A stretch of DNA of 56,186 nt from a virus (IMGVR_UViG_3300035670_000259:1-56186); one strand, 5' to 3'. Numbered from the stretch's first letter, positions 36,214 to 46,422 are shown. Program-made: numbers and translations. Notes: generated by a model not told the origin, from the letters alone.

Positions 36214-36532
36214 GAGATAGCGATGTTCGATAATGATCCTTTTGATGACTGTACGCACTGGGTAGGTAAAATGTGATGCAAGACTTGTTTAGAATTGTAG
36301 AAATCTTAGACTCTATACTGGCAGCACAAGATCATGCTGAAGAGACTCGCAATCAGCTGGAAGCTATTCTAAAAGAAATTGACGAAAAAGAGAAAGAGCT
36401 GTATAACAGCTATCTTCAAGGTCAGCGTCTTCACGACGAAATTAAGTATTGACTAGTAACGCTACCATAGACTTTAAAAAGCCGCTAGACAGCGGCTTTT
36501 TTATTTGGTATCTTTATATAAAGGAGAAAAAG

Positions 36533-36694
36533 ATGTATAAAGTTTATGTATATCGAAATGAGCCTTACGAGTTTATTGAGACCTTCACTATTAAAGCAGA
36601 GTCTTATTTAATTGCTTTGATAGACTCAGCTAAAGTAGTCAAGGAAAAATATAAAAACGCAAGGGTGGCTAAAGTAGAGCCTATATATAAATAA
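36533..36694 (+). CDS. Hypothetical protein
   Basis: AAGGAG RBS before ATG 36533. Confidence 0.5.
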   Translation: MYKVYVYRNEPYEFIETFTIKAESYLIALIDSAKVVKEKYKNARVAKVEPIYK

Positions 36695-36946
36695 TGCAAC
36701 CAGACTTTACACCTTTTTTCTTTGGAATCTTATTCGGAATTATTCTAGGCTATTCAGCCTCTTTAGCAACTATAGGAGTTTTCTGGTGACGCTTAAAGAA
36801 ACCTTTCTTTCTTATGTAGAGCTGCAGCGTAATGCAAATAACTATAAAGAAGCCTATGGTATAGACGACTATAGAACAGTTGATGCGTATGCTCGCGCAA
36901 ATCTAAAAAAACGAGAAATGTTAGAACTCATTGAGGCAGTGGAAAA

Positions 36947-37381
36947 ATGAATATTCATCACCGTCCTATTTTTGATACAAAAGCTGTAGAGCAGCATTAT
37001 TCTGATAAAGATGGTGTGCCAGTTCACTATGTGTGTACTAGTGCACTTAATCATGGTACTGTGGCTGCTGATATTTTTTATCGTGAGACTCCTCACCCTG
37101 AATTTGGTAATCGTTACTTTGGTCTTTATAAGAATCCGCATTCAGACTACTCACAGATTATGATTACTAATGCAGATGTTATTGAAGAGCTTGAGTTCGG
37201 AATGAAAGAGGTAAACAATGAATGGCACTATAGTCAACATCGTCATGACTTTTATTCGGTTGGAGATGTATCTATTGATGGCGGTCGCGCTTATTTTCGC
37301 GTTGTAGGAGATGTGAAATTGCCTACTAAGTTTCTGAAAGTAAAAGACGGCAAGTTTGTAGAGATGGAAGAGGTGATGTAA
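36947..37381 (+). CDS. Conserved phage hypothetical protein
   Basis: DIFY.E.PHPEFGNRYFGLY...YSQHRHDF...IDGGRAY. Confidence 0.75.
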   Translation: MNIHHRPIFDTKAVEQHYSDKDGVPVHYVCTSALNHGTVAADIFYRETPHPEFGNRYFGLYKNPHSDYSQIMITNADVIEELEFGMKEVNNEWHYSQHRHDFYSVGDVSIDGGRAYFRVVGDVKLPTKFLKVKDGKFVEMEEVM

Positions 37382-37880
37382 TGTGGGTACTTTTTATTCT
37401 GTCTTGGCCTATTGGCTTTGAAGAGCCTAAAGTTACTAGATACGCAGAGTTTGAAGTTTTTGAGAGCTGCGATCATGCTATGGCAGCTCTTGAAAATGCG
37501 TTTACTCAGAATGAAGTTGCTATTTGTCTAGAAGATACTACTTATAAAGGATACTAAGAAATGAAGTTTATTAAAGAATCGTCGCATCCAGGCTTTAAAA
37601 AAGTTGAGGTGGAGCTGCACGAACACGCCAGTCTTGTAGAAGCTCTAGATGCTTTTACTGACTTTCTTCGTGCTTGTGGCTATGTAATTGAGTATGATAA
37701 AATGCTAGATCTAGTTGACGACTGGGATATCAATGAGTAATATACTTATTGTTGCTGCTAATGATCGTCTAAGCCGCTTTACTCGTAATATCATTGAATA
37801 CGCTCCTAGCGGGGTAACAGTTCGAGTAAAAGTGGCTACAGACTATATTAGTGGCTTTGAGCTTAATAATCTTATAGTGG

Positions 37881-38351
37881 ATGAATCAGATGATACCGAA
37901 TATTTTAAAACACGATCTGACTAATATTGGATATCCTATGTTGTTTGGGTCACGTAGCATGGCTACTAGAGAGTCCAGCGATAGTTTTGATCCATCTCTC
38001 TATATTGGCACAAGAATCGCGCCTAATACAGATTGGGACTTTTCTCAACAGTATAGTGAGGAAGTTCATAACTATCTAGTATCAGCAGGGTATGAATGTC
38101 ATAAGGGTGGTGACTACTTTGATGATCTTACAGTAGCTGTTTACTCTAAGACTATTGACGATCATAAAGTACATGTGGTACTGCATAGAAACGAAGAACT
38201 ATTCAGACGTATTTGGAACAGCATCGACGCTGAGTTTTACTATAAGTACCTTTGGAAACGTTCTGGATTGTACCTATGTGATAGCCCACAAGGAATAAAG
38301 TATATGATTAGACAAATTATGAATCAACTATATCGTACAGGAGCTGCGTAA
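37881..38351 (+). CDS. Hypothetical protein, possible nucleotidyltransferase fold
   Basis: LFGSR...TDWDF resembles the pol-beta GS/DxD motif. Confidence 0.5.
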   Translation: MNQMIPNILKHDLTNIGYPMLFGSRSMATRESSDSFDPSLYIGTRIAPNTDWDFSQQYSEEVHNYLVSAGYECHKGGDYFDDLTVAVYSKTIDDHKVHVVLHRNEELFRRIWNSIDAEFYYKYLWKRSGLYLCDSPQGIKYMIRQIMNQLYRTGAA

Positions 38352-38542
38352 TGGCATTTTACACTTTGATCGGTCTCCTAGTAGTAGCAGCAGTTTTAGC
38401 CCTAGGAGTATATTGGGTAGCCACTAATCTTAGCTTCAAGCGTCAATCGGAACGCTACACCTATATGAAGGATGAAGCTGGTAATGATTATATTCGAGAT
38501 AACTCTGTAACGCCTAAGGATGAACCTGATGCAAAAACCTGA
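38351..38542 (+). CDS. Small membrane protein
   Basis: Single N-terminal TM helix. Confidence 0.55.
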   Translation: MAFYTLIGLLVVAAVLALGVYWVATNLSFKRQSERYTYMKDEAGNDYIRDNSVTPKDEPDAKT

Positions 38543-39485
38543 ACGTTATGATTATAACACTCGTGCAGAGTACGAAGCTGCTCTTGCACAATATGAAACA
38601 AACTTGGGAAAAATGAAAATGAAAGCTGTTATTGGTGGTACTTTTGCTACTGTTATTGGTCTTGCTGCACTGACTGTGCTTGGCGGATCTTGGTATACTG
38701 TTGATGAGGGTTATCGAGGTGTAACTCTTCGTAACGGCGCTGTGACCGGAACTGCTGAACCAGGTCTTGGATTTAAGATGCCGTTGATTGACTCTGTGAT
38801 TGATATTAGTGTTCAGTCTCAAGCTCAACTATATGAAAATATTCTTGCATACTCTCGCGACCAGCAAACTGCAGGTCTGAGCCTATCTGTTAACTACCGC
38901 TTCCCTGCAGATCAGGTTGAGACTATCTACCGTGAATATGGCGGTGAAGCTGGCGTGATTTCTCGACTGCTGGATCGTCAAGTGCTTGAAGAAGTAAAGA
39001 ACGTCTTTGGTAAGTTTAATGCTTCTACTGCTATTCAGGAGCGGGAACGTCTTGCTGCAGAAACTCAGATGGCTATTCAACGCGCTGTGATCGGTCCTAT
39101 CATCGTTGAATCTGTTCAGATCGAGAACATTGACTTTAGCGATGCATATGAACAGTCGATTGAGGCTCGTATGCTTGCAGAAGTGGAAGTTCAAAAGGTT
39201 CGCCAGAACGCAGAACGTGAAAAGGTCACTGCAGAAATCACAGTGATTCAAGCTCAGGCAGAAGCTGACGCACAACTTGCTCGAGCAACTGCAGAAGCAG
39301 AAGCTACTCGTATCCGTGGTGAGGCAGAAGCTGCCGCAATTAAAGCAAAGAGTGAAGCCCTGAAAGATAATGCTGGTCTGATTGCTCTAACTCAGGCCGA
39401 ACGCTGGAATGGTGCACTGCCCACTACTATGATTCCAGGTTCGACTGTTCCTTTTATGGATGTTGCAACTAAACCTGCACAATAA
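38520..39485 (+). CDS. SPFH/band 7 (prohibitin/HflC-like) membrane protein
   Basis: TM helix, YTVDEGYRGV...PGLGFKMP...SRDQQ, EA-rich coiled coil, ERWNGALP. Confidence 0.92.
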   Translation: MNLMQKPERYDYNTRAEYEAALAQYETNLGKMKMKAVIGGTFATVIGLAALTVLGGSWYTVDEGYRGVTLRNGAVTGTAEPGLGFKMPLIDSVIDISVQSQAQLYENILAYSRDQQTAGLSLSVNYRFPADQVETIYREYGGEAGVISRLLDRQVLEEVKNVFGKFNASTAIQERERLAAETQMAIQRAVIGPIIVESVQIENIDFSDAYEQSIEARMLAEVEVQKVRQNAEREKVTAEITVIQAQAEADAQLARATAEAEATRIRGEAEAAAIKAKSEALKDNAGLIALTQAERWNGALPTTMIPGSTVPFMDVATKPAQ

Positions 39486-39496
39486 ATAGAGTACTG

Positions 39497-39523
39497 TAAA
39501 AGAGCGCTTCGGCGCTCTTTTTT
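39497..39523 (+). terminator. Intrinsic terminator (bidirectional type)
   Basis: AAAAGAGCGC-TTCG-GCGCTCTTTTTT. Confidence 0.85.
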
Positions 39524-39574
39524 GTTGCTTAATGCCTATAGATGTGTTATTCTACCTAAGATAAGGAGAGATCT

Positions 39575-39742
39575 ATGACCTGCCCACCCTGCAATAACGA
39601 CTGTAATCAAGGGCGTGACTGTCCTGTGAGGAAGAAATGGAATAAAGATGATATTATAGGATTACTTATCATAATTCCTATATTGGTGTTACTATGGGTT
39701 TTTTGCGGGGTAGCAGTATTTTATATACTTAATGCGGCGTAA
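39575..39742 (+). CDS. Small Cys-rich membrane peptide (55 aa)
   Basis: AAGGAG RBS; MTCPPCNNDCNQGRDCP followed by a TM helix. Confidence 0.6.
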   Translation: MTCPPCNNDCNQGRDCPVRKKWNKDDIIGLLIIIPILVLLWVFCGVAVFYILNAA

Positions 39743-39744
39743 TA

Positions 39745-40080
39745 ATGACTAATGAAGAACTGATTGCTTTAGCAAAGACTATGCTCGTTGAAAGCGAAGT
39801 ATGGATCAAAGAACAAGGTGGTGAGACTGTCAATCCAGGGCTCATGCCAAAGATGATTAAGAGTCTCGAAGAATTAATTGCTGAAAATACTAGACTACGT
39901 GCTCAATGTGAAGGGCTTGCACAAGCGGCTATAAACAATGGGCAGGCTCTTATTATCACAGAATCCAAACTGGCGAAGGCGGTGGAGGCGCTGCGGGGCG
40001 ACCCGTGGACCATTGGTTGGAAGAAATGGAATGAGCGCGCCCGCACCACGCTGGCCGAGATTGAGGGAGAGAAGACATGA
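39745..40080 (+). CDS. Hypothetical coiled-coil protein (LAKAVEA family)
   Basis: 111 aa; GC content jumps within the gene near 39965. Confidence 0.65.
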   Translation: MTNEELIALAKTMLVESEVWIKEQGGETVNPGLMPKMIKSLEELIAENTRLRAQCEGLAQAAINNGQALIITESKLAKAVEALRGDPWTIGWKKWNERARTTLAEIEGEKT

Positions 40081-40271
40081 CCACCCCAGACAAACGGATG
40101 CACTTCCGCTGCGGCGTGTGCGAGAAATGCTTCAGCACCGAGGCCGTCTTCCCGATGGACGTGCGGAAGCTGACCAAGCTGGTGCGGGAAACCAAATGCC
40201 CGAACTGCGGGGCCGGGTCGAAGCGGCTGTATCTGCGGGCAAATGTGAACATGGAGGAGGGGAAGACATGA
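40077..40271 (+). CDS. Small zinc-ribbon protein
   Basis: CGVC...CPNCG; ATGA coupling at both ends. Confidence 0.7.
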   Translation: MTTPDKRMHFRCGVCEKCFSTEAVFPMDVRKLTKLVRETKCPNCGAGSKRLYLRANVNMEEGKT

Positions 40272-40738
40272 CTGACGAAGAACTGGTGAAGGCGCTGCGC
40301 TGGAAAGCTGGTGCATATGCAAAACAAGCAGCCGACCGCATCGAGCAACTTGTTGCGATTAATGAAGCCGCCCGTGCTGACGCCAAGGAGGCCGAGGCTT
40401 ATGCGGAGGAGTTGGAGCGCGACCTCAACATCTGCCGTATGGCTCAGGTCGTGATGGACAACACCGTTGCTGAGTTGGAGAAGGAGAACACAAGGCTTTC
40501 CGGCTTGATGTCAGAGCGCGGTCAGATGTTGCGGAGATATGACCAAATGGTTGTTGACGGTGCAAAAAGAGAGGAGGCGTGGAAAGCCAAGCTGGCGAAG
40601 GCGGTGGAGGCAGCGGAAGAAATGTCTGCGGCGTTCTACTCCGACGGAAACGTGACCGAACGTCATCTTAAGGCGTGCAAGGCAGGGGTAAAGCTGGCCG
40701 CCACCCTCGCAGAGATCAAAGGAGGAATCTATGACTGA
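40268..40738 (+). CDS. Hypothetical coiled-coil protein (LAKAVEA family)
   Basis: GGAGG RBS, MTDEELVKALR...AADRIE; paralogous to 39745-40080. Confidence 0.7.
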   Translation: MTDEELVKALRWKAGAYAKQAADRIEQLVAINEAARADAKEAEAYAEELERDLNICRMAQVVMDNTVAELEKENTRLSGLMSERGQMLRRYDQMVVDGAKREEAWKAKLAKAVEAAEEMSAAFYSDGNVTERHLKACKAGVKLAATLAEIKGGIYD

Positions 40739-41114
40739 CCCACTACCAAGAAATAAGTGTATTGTATCAGGCTGTAGCAATCACAAGCATGAAGGATTGT
40801 TTGTAGGCGATTTGTGCGGTCCGTGCTTTCAAATGCTAACTAGCGGAGACACTAACTATGGCAACACGTTTATTCATGAACTGCAGGCTCGTGTAAAAAT
40901 GCTAGAACGTGCTATGGAAGCCTACGAACGAGAACGTAACCGCTATCGCCACGCTAATCCAGAATATACTGGAGCATACTTCTTATCTGGCGGGCATGGT
41001 GACTTTGACAGCAACTGCCTTCCGCAATACGTTCGCATCGTACCAGCTTATGGCTGTGCATGGGAGCAAGTGTATGAAAAAACCGACCGCACTATCAGCT
41101 ACGAGGGATCATGA
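40731..41114 (+). CDS. Hypothetical protein
   Basis: 127 aa with N-terminal Cys/His cluster. Confidence 0.6.
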   Translation: MTDPLPRNKCIVSGCSNHKHEGLFVGDLCGPCFQMLTSGDTNYGNTFIHELQARVKMLERAMEAYERERNRYRHANPEYTGAYFLSGGHGDFDSNCLPQYVRIVPAYGCAWEQVYEKTDRTISYEGS

Positions 41115-41482
41115 ACGAGTTTAGAATACTAGTGTGTGGTGGGCGAGACTACTCAGACGCTGAGAGCTTAAACGCTACCCTAGATAACATTATAGCGAAT
41201 ATAAAATCTATGGCGAGCGGTCAAAGCGTCAGACTTATTCATGGAGCTGCACGAGGAGCAGACTCACTAGCTGCCGCTTGGGCTTCTTCAAGAGGCATTG
41301 CCGCTACTGCATATCCAGCTAACTGGAATCTATACGGTCGTAGTGCAGGATACGTCAGAAATACTCAAATGCTAGAAGAAGGTCAACCACATCTTGTAGT
41401 TGCATTTCCAGGCGGAGCTGGCACTGCGATGATGACTCGCATAGCCCGTAGCGCTGGGGTTACTGTAAAGGAAGTAAAATGA
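41111..41482 (+). CDS. SLOG/YspA-like protein (DUF2493-like)
   Basis: ILVCGGRDY...IHGAARGADSLA...AGYVRNTQML...VVAFPGGAGT. Confidence 0.88.
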   Translation: MNEFRILVCGGRDYSDAESLNATLDNIIANIKSMASGQSVRLIHGAARGADSLAAAWASSRGIAATAYPANWNLYGRSAGYVRNTQMLEEGQPHLVVAFPGGAGTAMMTRIARSAGVTVKEVK

Positions 41483-41673
41483 TACTAGTAGTAACACATT
41501 ATCAGGATCGTGACTATCATGATGCGTATGGTAAAGTAACTGAACGAGCAGGAACATATGTTTCTCATGGAATTGATACTGAAAGCGGACGAACAGTAAT
41601 TCTTCCGTGTGAGCGCTGGGAAAATTTTAGGCATAAGTGTATAAGCTATGAAGGCGAATGGTACTTAAAATGA
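41479..41673 (+). CDS. Hypothetical protein
   Basis: Coupled ORF. Confidence 0.55.
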   Translation: MILVVTHYQDRDYHDAYGKVTERAGTYVSHGIDTESGRTVILPCERWENFRHKCISYEGEWYLK

Positions 41674-42122
41674 AGATTGAAACTAAACAAGTATACATTT
41701 CAGACGATGGCAAAACTTTTTCTAGCGCTGCAGAGTGTGAAGCGCATGAAGCAGAACAACTTAAGCGCAAACAAGCTCTAGTTAATCTACGTGTGTGGAG
41801 CGTAGCACACGGGTTTGACGCTACTGAAGGTCGCGGATATTTTGCCAGAACTATCATTGTTACAGATGCTACCCAACCAGTGCTAATTCAGTGGTGCCTA
41901 GATAAGTTTGGGCCTCCTCTAGATTCATGGTATGGCAATGGTTTTTATGAGTGCTGGGATTTACATAAAACTGATAGAGATGTAGATTGGGCTGTTCAAC
42001 AAAAAGATAAAGTGCCTTTTAGTTACCACTCTAAAACTGCGCTCGTAGTAGTATCAAAATCTGACTGGACTTGGGCTGGATTGCCTAAGTCTGAACATCC
42101 TTGGCCGAGGAAAAATAAATGA
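41670..42122 (+). CDS. Hypothetical protein
   Basis: Y.SDDGKTF...EC..HE N-terminus common in phage ORFs. Confidence 0.6.
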   Translation: MKIETKQVYISDDGKTFSSAAECEAHEAEQLKRKQALVNLRVWSVAHGFDATEGRGYFARTIIVTDATQPVLIQWCLDKFGPPLDSWYGNGFYECWDLHKTDRDVDWAVQQKDKVPFSYHSKTALVVVSKSDWTWAGLPKSEHPWPRKNK

Positions 42123-42319
42123 GTGAACATAATCCATTTTTAGACTGCGAAGCATATGTTTCAGAGCATGGAACCGGTTGGGGTGTTCGATCGAAGTATT
42201 TTAATGTCCCAGCCCAAAACGAAGGTGTTGCAAATCGAATTGCAGAACTGATTCAACTAGCATATATGGCTGGTAGAGAAGATACTCAAAATGAAATTAA
42301 AAAGGCATTAGGAATGTAA
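42119..42319 (+). CDS. Hypothetical protein
   Basis: Coupled ORF. Confidence 0.55.
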   Translation: MSEHNPFLDCEAYVSEHGTGWGVRSKYFNVPAQNEGVANRIAELIQLAYMAGREDTQNEIKKALGM

Positions 42320-42320
42320 A

Positions 42321-42503
42321 ATGATTAAACTACTAGACAATCTTATTGACCAACTTCCCGCTATTCTACTTGCAGCTGTATCAGTGTTCTTTTTATGGGG
42401 TCTTGGATATTTGATTTTGGCTGATATGGAAGATAAGAAGGTATTTATGGAGCAGTGTGTTGCTGCTGGAAATCAGTATGTTAATGGAAGTTGTGTAAAA
42501 TGA
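42321..42503 (+). CDS. Small membrane protein
   Basis: TM helix plus C-terminal Cys pair. Confidence 0.55.
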   Translation: MIKLLDNLIDQLPAILLAAVSVFFLWGLGYLILADMEDKKVFMEQCVAAGNQYVNGSCVK

Positions 42504-42922
42504 AACCGTTCAAAGTTAACCGTAACTCTTGGCACTATAAGCTGAACCGTAAGTTCTTCAACACTCGGGGTGATAATGATTACTACATGCATGATAGTTG
42601 GGAACCTCGCCACAACAACTTCTGTGCATACTGGCGAGCTACTATGTTCCGTCTATTGTTCGCAACTCTCTTAATTATTGGAGCTGGCGCATTTTTGTTT
42701 ATGCTAGGTGATGGAATCTACCATCATCCTCTTGACTTTCTTATTACTGTTAGTCTTATTGTAGGCACGTTTGCTACTTTTGTATTGATTATCGTTCTCT
42801 CTGAGCTGCTCAAAAGTGCTATAGCTAAGCGTGGGGATCAACCCGCTGCCTCAGAATCTCTGTTCGTTCAGCGTTACCGTGCATATAAGTCTAAAGTCTG
42901 TCCTGGAGTAGAGTATGACTAA
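42500..42922 (+). CDS. Hypothetical membrane protein
   Basis: SWHYKL...NFCAYWR; two TM helices; KVCP end. Confidence 0.65.
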   Translation: MKPFKVNRNSWHYKLNRKFFNTRGDNDYYMHDSWEPRHNNFCAYWRATMFRLLFATLLIIGAGAFLFMLGDGIYHHPLDFLITVSLIVGTFATFVLIIVLSELLKSAIAKRGDQPAASESLFVQRYRAYKSKVCPGVEYD

Positions 42923-43277
42923 GATCTTTGTGTTTGGTAGCAACCTTGCAGGACGGCATGGAAAAGGTGCAGCGCTATATGCTCGTAAGCACTACGGCGC
43001 CGAGTATGGAGTAGGTGTTGGTCAGACTGGATGTGCATATGCTTTGCCGACTAAAGGTTATAACCTAGAGACTCTAAGTATTGGTACTATCGAAGGCCAT
43101 ATCAAAGACTTTATTGAATATGCAGAGGCACATCCTGATGATGAGTTTCTGCTGACTCCTATTGGTTGCGGTCTTGCTGGATACCGTCGTGATCAGATCA
43201 AGCCGCTTATTGAAAAGTATAACCGCCCTTCTAACGTGATCTACACCAAAGAATGGGAAGATGAGGATATCAACTAA
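42915..43277 (+). CDS. Conserved phage non-structural protein (macrodomain-related, FVFGSN family)
   Basis: IFVFGSNLAGRHGKGAA...YALPTK...TPIGCGLAGY. Confidence 0.8.
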   Translation: MTKIFVFGSNLAGRHGKGAALYARKHYGAEYGVGVGQTGCAYALPTKGYNLETLSIGTIEGHIKDFIEYAEAHPDDEFLLTPIGCGLAGYRRDQIKPLIEKYNRPSNVIYTKEWEDEDIN

Positions 43278-43468
43278 TGTTTGACTTTGGAAAAGCTATT
43301 GAAGGCTTATTTTATGCGTTCTTTACTGCTATTGCAGCTGCAATTGTTCTTGCAGCATACGTGCTATGGCAAGCGTTTTTCTCGTTGACTCCTTGGGATG
43401 TATGTGCTAAGATGGAAACAGATGAAACAAAAGTTCAATGTATGAACGCTCACTACGAAGGAGATTAA
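43277..43468 (+). CDS. Small membrane protein
   Basis: TM helix. Confidence 0.5.
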   Translation: MFDFGKAIEGLFYAFFTAIAAAIVLAAYVLWQAFFSLTPWDVCAKMETDETKVQCMNAHYEGD

Positions 43469-43713
43469 TATGTTTGCCTCTATCGTTGCTACAGTGCTTG
43501 TAGTTATTATGCTTGCACTATGTAATCCTTCAGAGTTTGATAGGAGAGACTGATGATTAGGCTGTTACAATACATTGTCTCTGGCTGCTCGCATAAGTGG
43601 AAAACGATTGATGTAAGCCCTTTCTCTTGGAAGTCTGATATTTCAGAGGGTCGAGGTACACGATACACTCTGTGTTGTGAGAAGTGCGGAAAGATTACAA
43701 AAAAGGACATCAA

Positions 43714-43890
43714 ATGAGCTATATAGCATACTTGTGTTTTCCTACGCAACCGTGGGATGAAGATGATGAAGATAGTGAACCAGTGATCAAATTTGAAGAA
43801 CCAAACAGGTGGATGTACGAAAAAGTCATTGCGATTCAATTTAGTGTTCTTCACCAATGGACGGACAAAGATAAAGAGCTGTATAAATGA
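43714..43890 (+). CDS. Hypothetical protein
   Basis: AAGGA RBS before ATG 43714. Confidence 0.5.
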   Translation: MSYIAYLCFPTQPWDEDDEDSEPVIKFEEPNRWMYEKVIAIQFSVLHQWTDKDKELYK

Positions 43891-44075
43891 CGTTTGATGA
43901 ATGGTTAGACGAAATAGAGGTATTTTCTGCGCGGAGAGAACGTCTTAATGAAGATGTAAATTTTGAGGCAGTAATGACGGGTAATATGTCTCATAGTCTT
44001 GCGCGGAATCGTATGTATGTGTGGTTAGAAGCTGCATATAATGTTGGTTATGAGGCTGGAAAGGGTAATAAATGA
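43887..44075 (+). CDS. Hypothetical protein
   Basis: FDEWLDEIE.FS.RRERL...WLEAAY motif. Confidence 0.6.
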   Translation: MTFDEWLDEIEVFSARRERLNEDVNFEAVMTGNMSHSLARNRMYVWLEAAYNVGYEAGKGNK

Positions 44076-44542
44076 GCATGATGGACTGGGCTAAAGCAGA
44101 ACTAGACGCTGCTGGACTCAAAGAAAGCGGTAACATTGATGATGTTAGTGTATGGGTTCGCCAAGATGTTTTAGCACTTCTTCAAGTGTTTGTCGATCAA
44201 GGGCACAGTGGTATGTCGGCTCCTTATGTGCTAAAACTGTTTGATAGGTTAGCTAACTGGAAACCTCTCTCTCCTCTGACTGGTGAGTCTAACGAGTGGA
44301 CTGAGGTTGGACCTGATGTGTGGCAAAACAAGCGGGCATCGAATGTGTTCAAAGGTGATGATGGACGCGCTTACTGGATGGATGGCCGAGTATTCTGGGA
44401 GTGGGCTACTCACCCTGAGATCGATGATGGTAAACCTTTTAAGAGTCACTATACCAGTCGTGATAGTCGTGTTTACATTGACAGCTTCCCTTGGACGATG
44501 CCTGATGAGCCTGAGTACGTAGAGGCGGAGAGCGTTAAATAA
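44072..44542 (+). CDS. Conserved phage hypothetical protein
   Basis: F..QGHSGMSA...KPLSPLTG...EW...QNKR.S.VFK. Confidence 0.75.
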   Translation: MSMMDWAKAELDAAGLKESGNIDDVSVWVRQDVLALLQVFVDQGHSGMSAPYVLKLFDRLANWKPLSPLTGESNEWTEVGPDVWQNKRASNVFKGDDGRAYWMDGRVFWEWATHPEIDDGKPFKSHYTSRDSRVYIDSFPWTMPDEPEYVEAESVK

Positions 44543-44739
44543 TGTTTGAAGATAAAGATTACGACAGCATTAATGGTAAATATATCGGAAGCGAATATGG
44601 TGATCTGCGTCGTGAACGAGCACAGTTGCAGCAGCGCATGATTCTACATAATGACGCATCAGTAAAACCTCGTATTCGTGAAATTACACTGCAACTGCAA
44701 GCCATGATGGCTTCACGACCTTTTAAACATAAGCAGTAG
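44542..44739 (+). CDS. Hypothetical protein
   Basis: Coupled ORF. Confidence 0.5.
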   Translation: MFEDKDYDSINGKYIGSEYGDLRRERAQLQQRMILHNDASVKPRIREITLQLQAMMASRPFKHKQ

Positions 44740-44745
44740 GTAAAA

Positions 44746-45108
44746 ATGAAACCATACATTCATGCCCGTAATTCAGTTAAGCGCTATGGAGGAGAGATTG
44801 AAGACTACTTACCGATTCACAACTGGTTTGACTCTACCAAAGCAGCATATGCAGACTTCCAACATCGAGCAATTCTACATAACACCTTTGGAATCTTTCT
44901 TGCAGAACAACTATTTGGAGTTACCCTTACTAACTCAGAGGGAAAAGTGGTTAGCGTTAGAGACATTGGAGAAGACCATGTTAAAGAAGACTGCGGAGGA
45001 CGTATTCCGACCATTGCCGACTGGCTCGGTAAGCTAGAACCAGAGCCTTGGATGCTCGGAGTAGGTCAACGCGCATTTGCAGCAGCACACAATTTAGAGG
45101 CAGACTAA
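44746..45108 (+). CDS. Conserved His-rich hypothetical protein (DUF6915-like)
   Basis: P..HA.NSV.RYGG..EDY..IH.WFD.TK...HRA.LH...VR.IGE.HV.ED...IPT..DWL. Confidence 0.75.
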   Translation: MKPYIHARNSVKRYGGEIEDYLPIHNWFDSTKAAYADFQHRAILHNTFGIFLAEQLFGVTLTNSEGKVVSVRDIGEDHVKEDCGGRIPTIADWLGKLEPEPWMLGVGQRAFAAAHNLEAD

Positions 45109-45749
45109 TGAAATATGCAGAATTACATCAATCTATAATTGAGATGAATCAAAAGATTGCAGAAGCTCAGGCATTTATGCAGACTCACGCTAGATCCTAC
45201 ATTGAGTCGGGTGTTCAACAATTTTTTGATGTGTGCCCAGAGGTAAACGCTATCTTTTGGCATCAGTACACTCCATACTTTAATGATGGAGAGCCTTGCG
45301 AGTTCTCAGTTCACGATATTCATTTTAGCATTGATGGGCTAGAAGAATATGACGGTGAAGGTGCGTATCTATACTCTGAGGAGGACTATAACCGTGCTGT
45401 TGAGCGGCTAGAGGATGTTAAGCGCTTTGAAGCTGATCCTGCAGCTTGGAGACAGAGATACCGTGAAGAGTATAAAGCACGTTCTAATCGTGAATGCACT
45501 ATTAAAGACGTTAACCTATACCCATATCCTCGCACTGTAGAGTCAGCTCAAGAAGAGATTGATGATATCTTACATCAGCGCAGCATTATTTCTCAGGCAC
45601 GTGCAGACGAAATCTCCACTGCGTATAATGCTCTATATTCAGCCTTCAGGTTAATTCCTGACGATAGTATGAAAGCGATTTATGGCGATCATGTACTAGT
45701 ACGAATTACTCGTAGCGGTACTGAGATAATCGAATATTCACATGATTAA
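45108..45749 (+). CDS. Conserved phage hypothetical protein
   Basis: W.QYTPYFNDGEPCEF...GDHV...EYSHD. Confidence 0.75.
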   Translation: MKYAELHQSIIEMNQKIAEAQAFMQTHARSYIESGVQQFFDVCPEVNAIFWHQYTPYFNDGEPCEFSVHDIHFSIDGLEEYDGEGAYLYSEEDYNRAVERLEDVKRFEADPAAWRQRYREEYKARSNRECTIKDVNLYPYPRTVESAQEEIDDILHQRSIISQARADEISTAYNALYSAFRLIPDDSMKAIYGDHVLVRITRSGTEIIEYSHD

Positions 45750-46035
45750 GCCTTTTGACCTACCTGTTTCTTACTCATGTCTTGCACCAGAAGCACGTAG
45801 GCGAGTTAGGATGCAGTATGTTCAACAGCAGGGCGGACTATGTATGTATTGCAAGGGGAGTCTAGATCAGGCTCCCCCTAATTCTGTTACCTCCAAGAGC
45901 ATCAACTGGAGTCTGTTCCCACCTAATTTTCTAAGATACCCTGTTCACCTACAACACAACCACACTACAGACTTAACCGAGGGAGCTGTGCACGCATATT
46001 GCAACGCAGTTCTTTGGCAGTATCATGGCAGATAA
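45742..46035 (+). CDS. Small His-Me finger (Endo VII/HNH-like) protein
   Basis: QGGLCMYC...HLQHNHTTDLTEGAVHAYCN. Confidence 0.7.
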   Translation: MIKPFDLPVSYSCLAPEARRRVRMQYVQQQGGLCMYCKGSLDQAPPNSVTSKSINWSLFPPNFLRYPVHLQHNHTTDLTEGAVHAYCNAVLWQYHGR

Positions 46036-46098
46036 ACATAAACAGCTCTAGACAGTTACTCATAGATTCTATATATTAAATATATAAGGAGAAAAAAG

Positions 46099-46422
46099 AT
46101 GGCATATCATCCTGACAATTGGGTTGTGATTAAGTTCAGTGGGGACGATCCGCACTATCGAGTTCTGGTTGGTTGGAGCGGGGGTTACGCTACCGGCGAC
46201 TCTTGGCGCATGAACTCTGGTATTACGCGCGTCGAAGAAGATGAGTACTACTTTTATTTTTATGGAGCGACTGGTTCGTGCTATAAGTGCCGTAAGACTG
46301 CCTACTGTCTACGCAAGAACAACGCATACATCTGGTCACAACTACAACAACTGCATGGTGATAAGGTTCAACTGATGTCTGAAGATACTAACTGGATGGA
46401 AATGGATTGGATTATTAAATGA
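46099..46422 (+). CDS. Conserved phage hypothetical protein
   Basis: PDNWVV...WSGGY..GDSWRMNSGI. Confidence 0.75.
   Translation: MAYHPDNWVVIKFSGDDPHYRVLVGWSGGYATGDSWRMNSGITRVEEDEYYFYFYGATGSCYKCRKTAYCLRKNNAYIWSQLQQLHGDKVQLMSEDTNWMEMDWIIK

Noticed and set aside
39938-40267. N-terminal extension of the 266-aa ORF
   Set aside because: Overlaps two better ORFs in a GC-rich patch; the true start is probably ATG 40268 with a GGAGG RBS.
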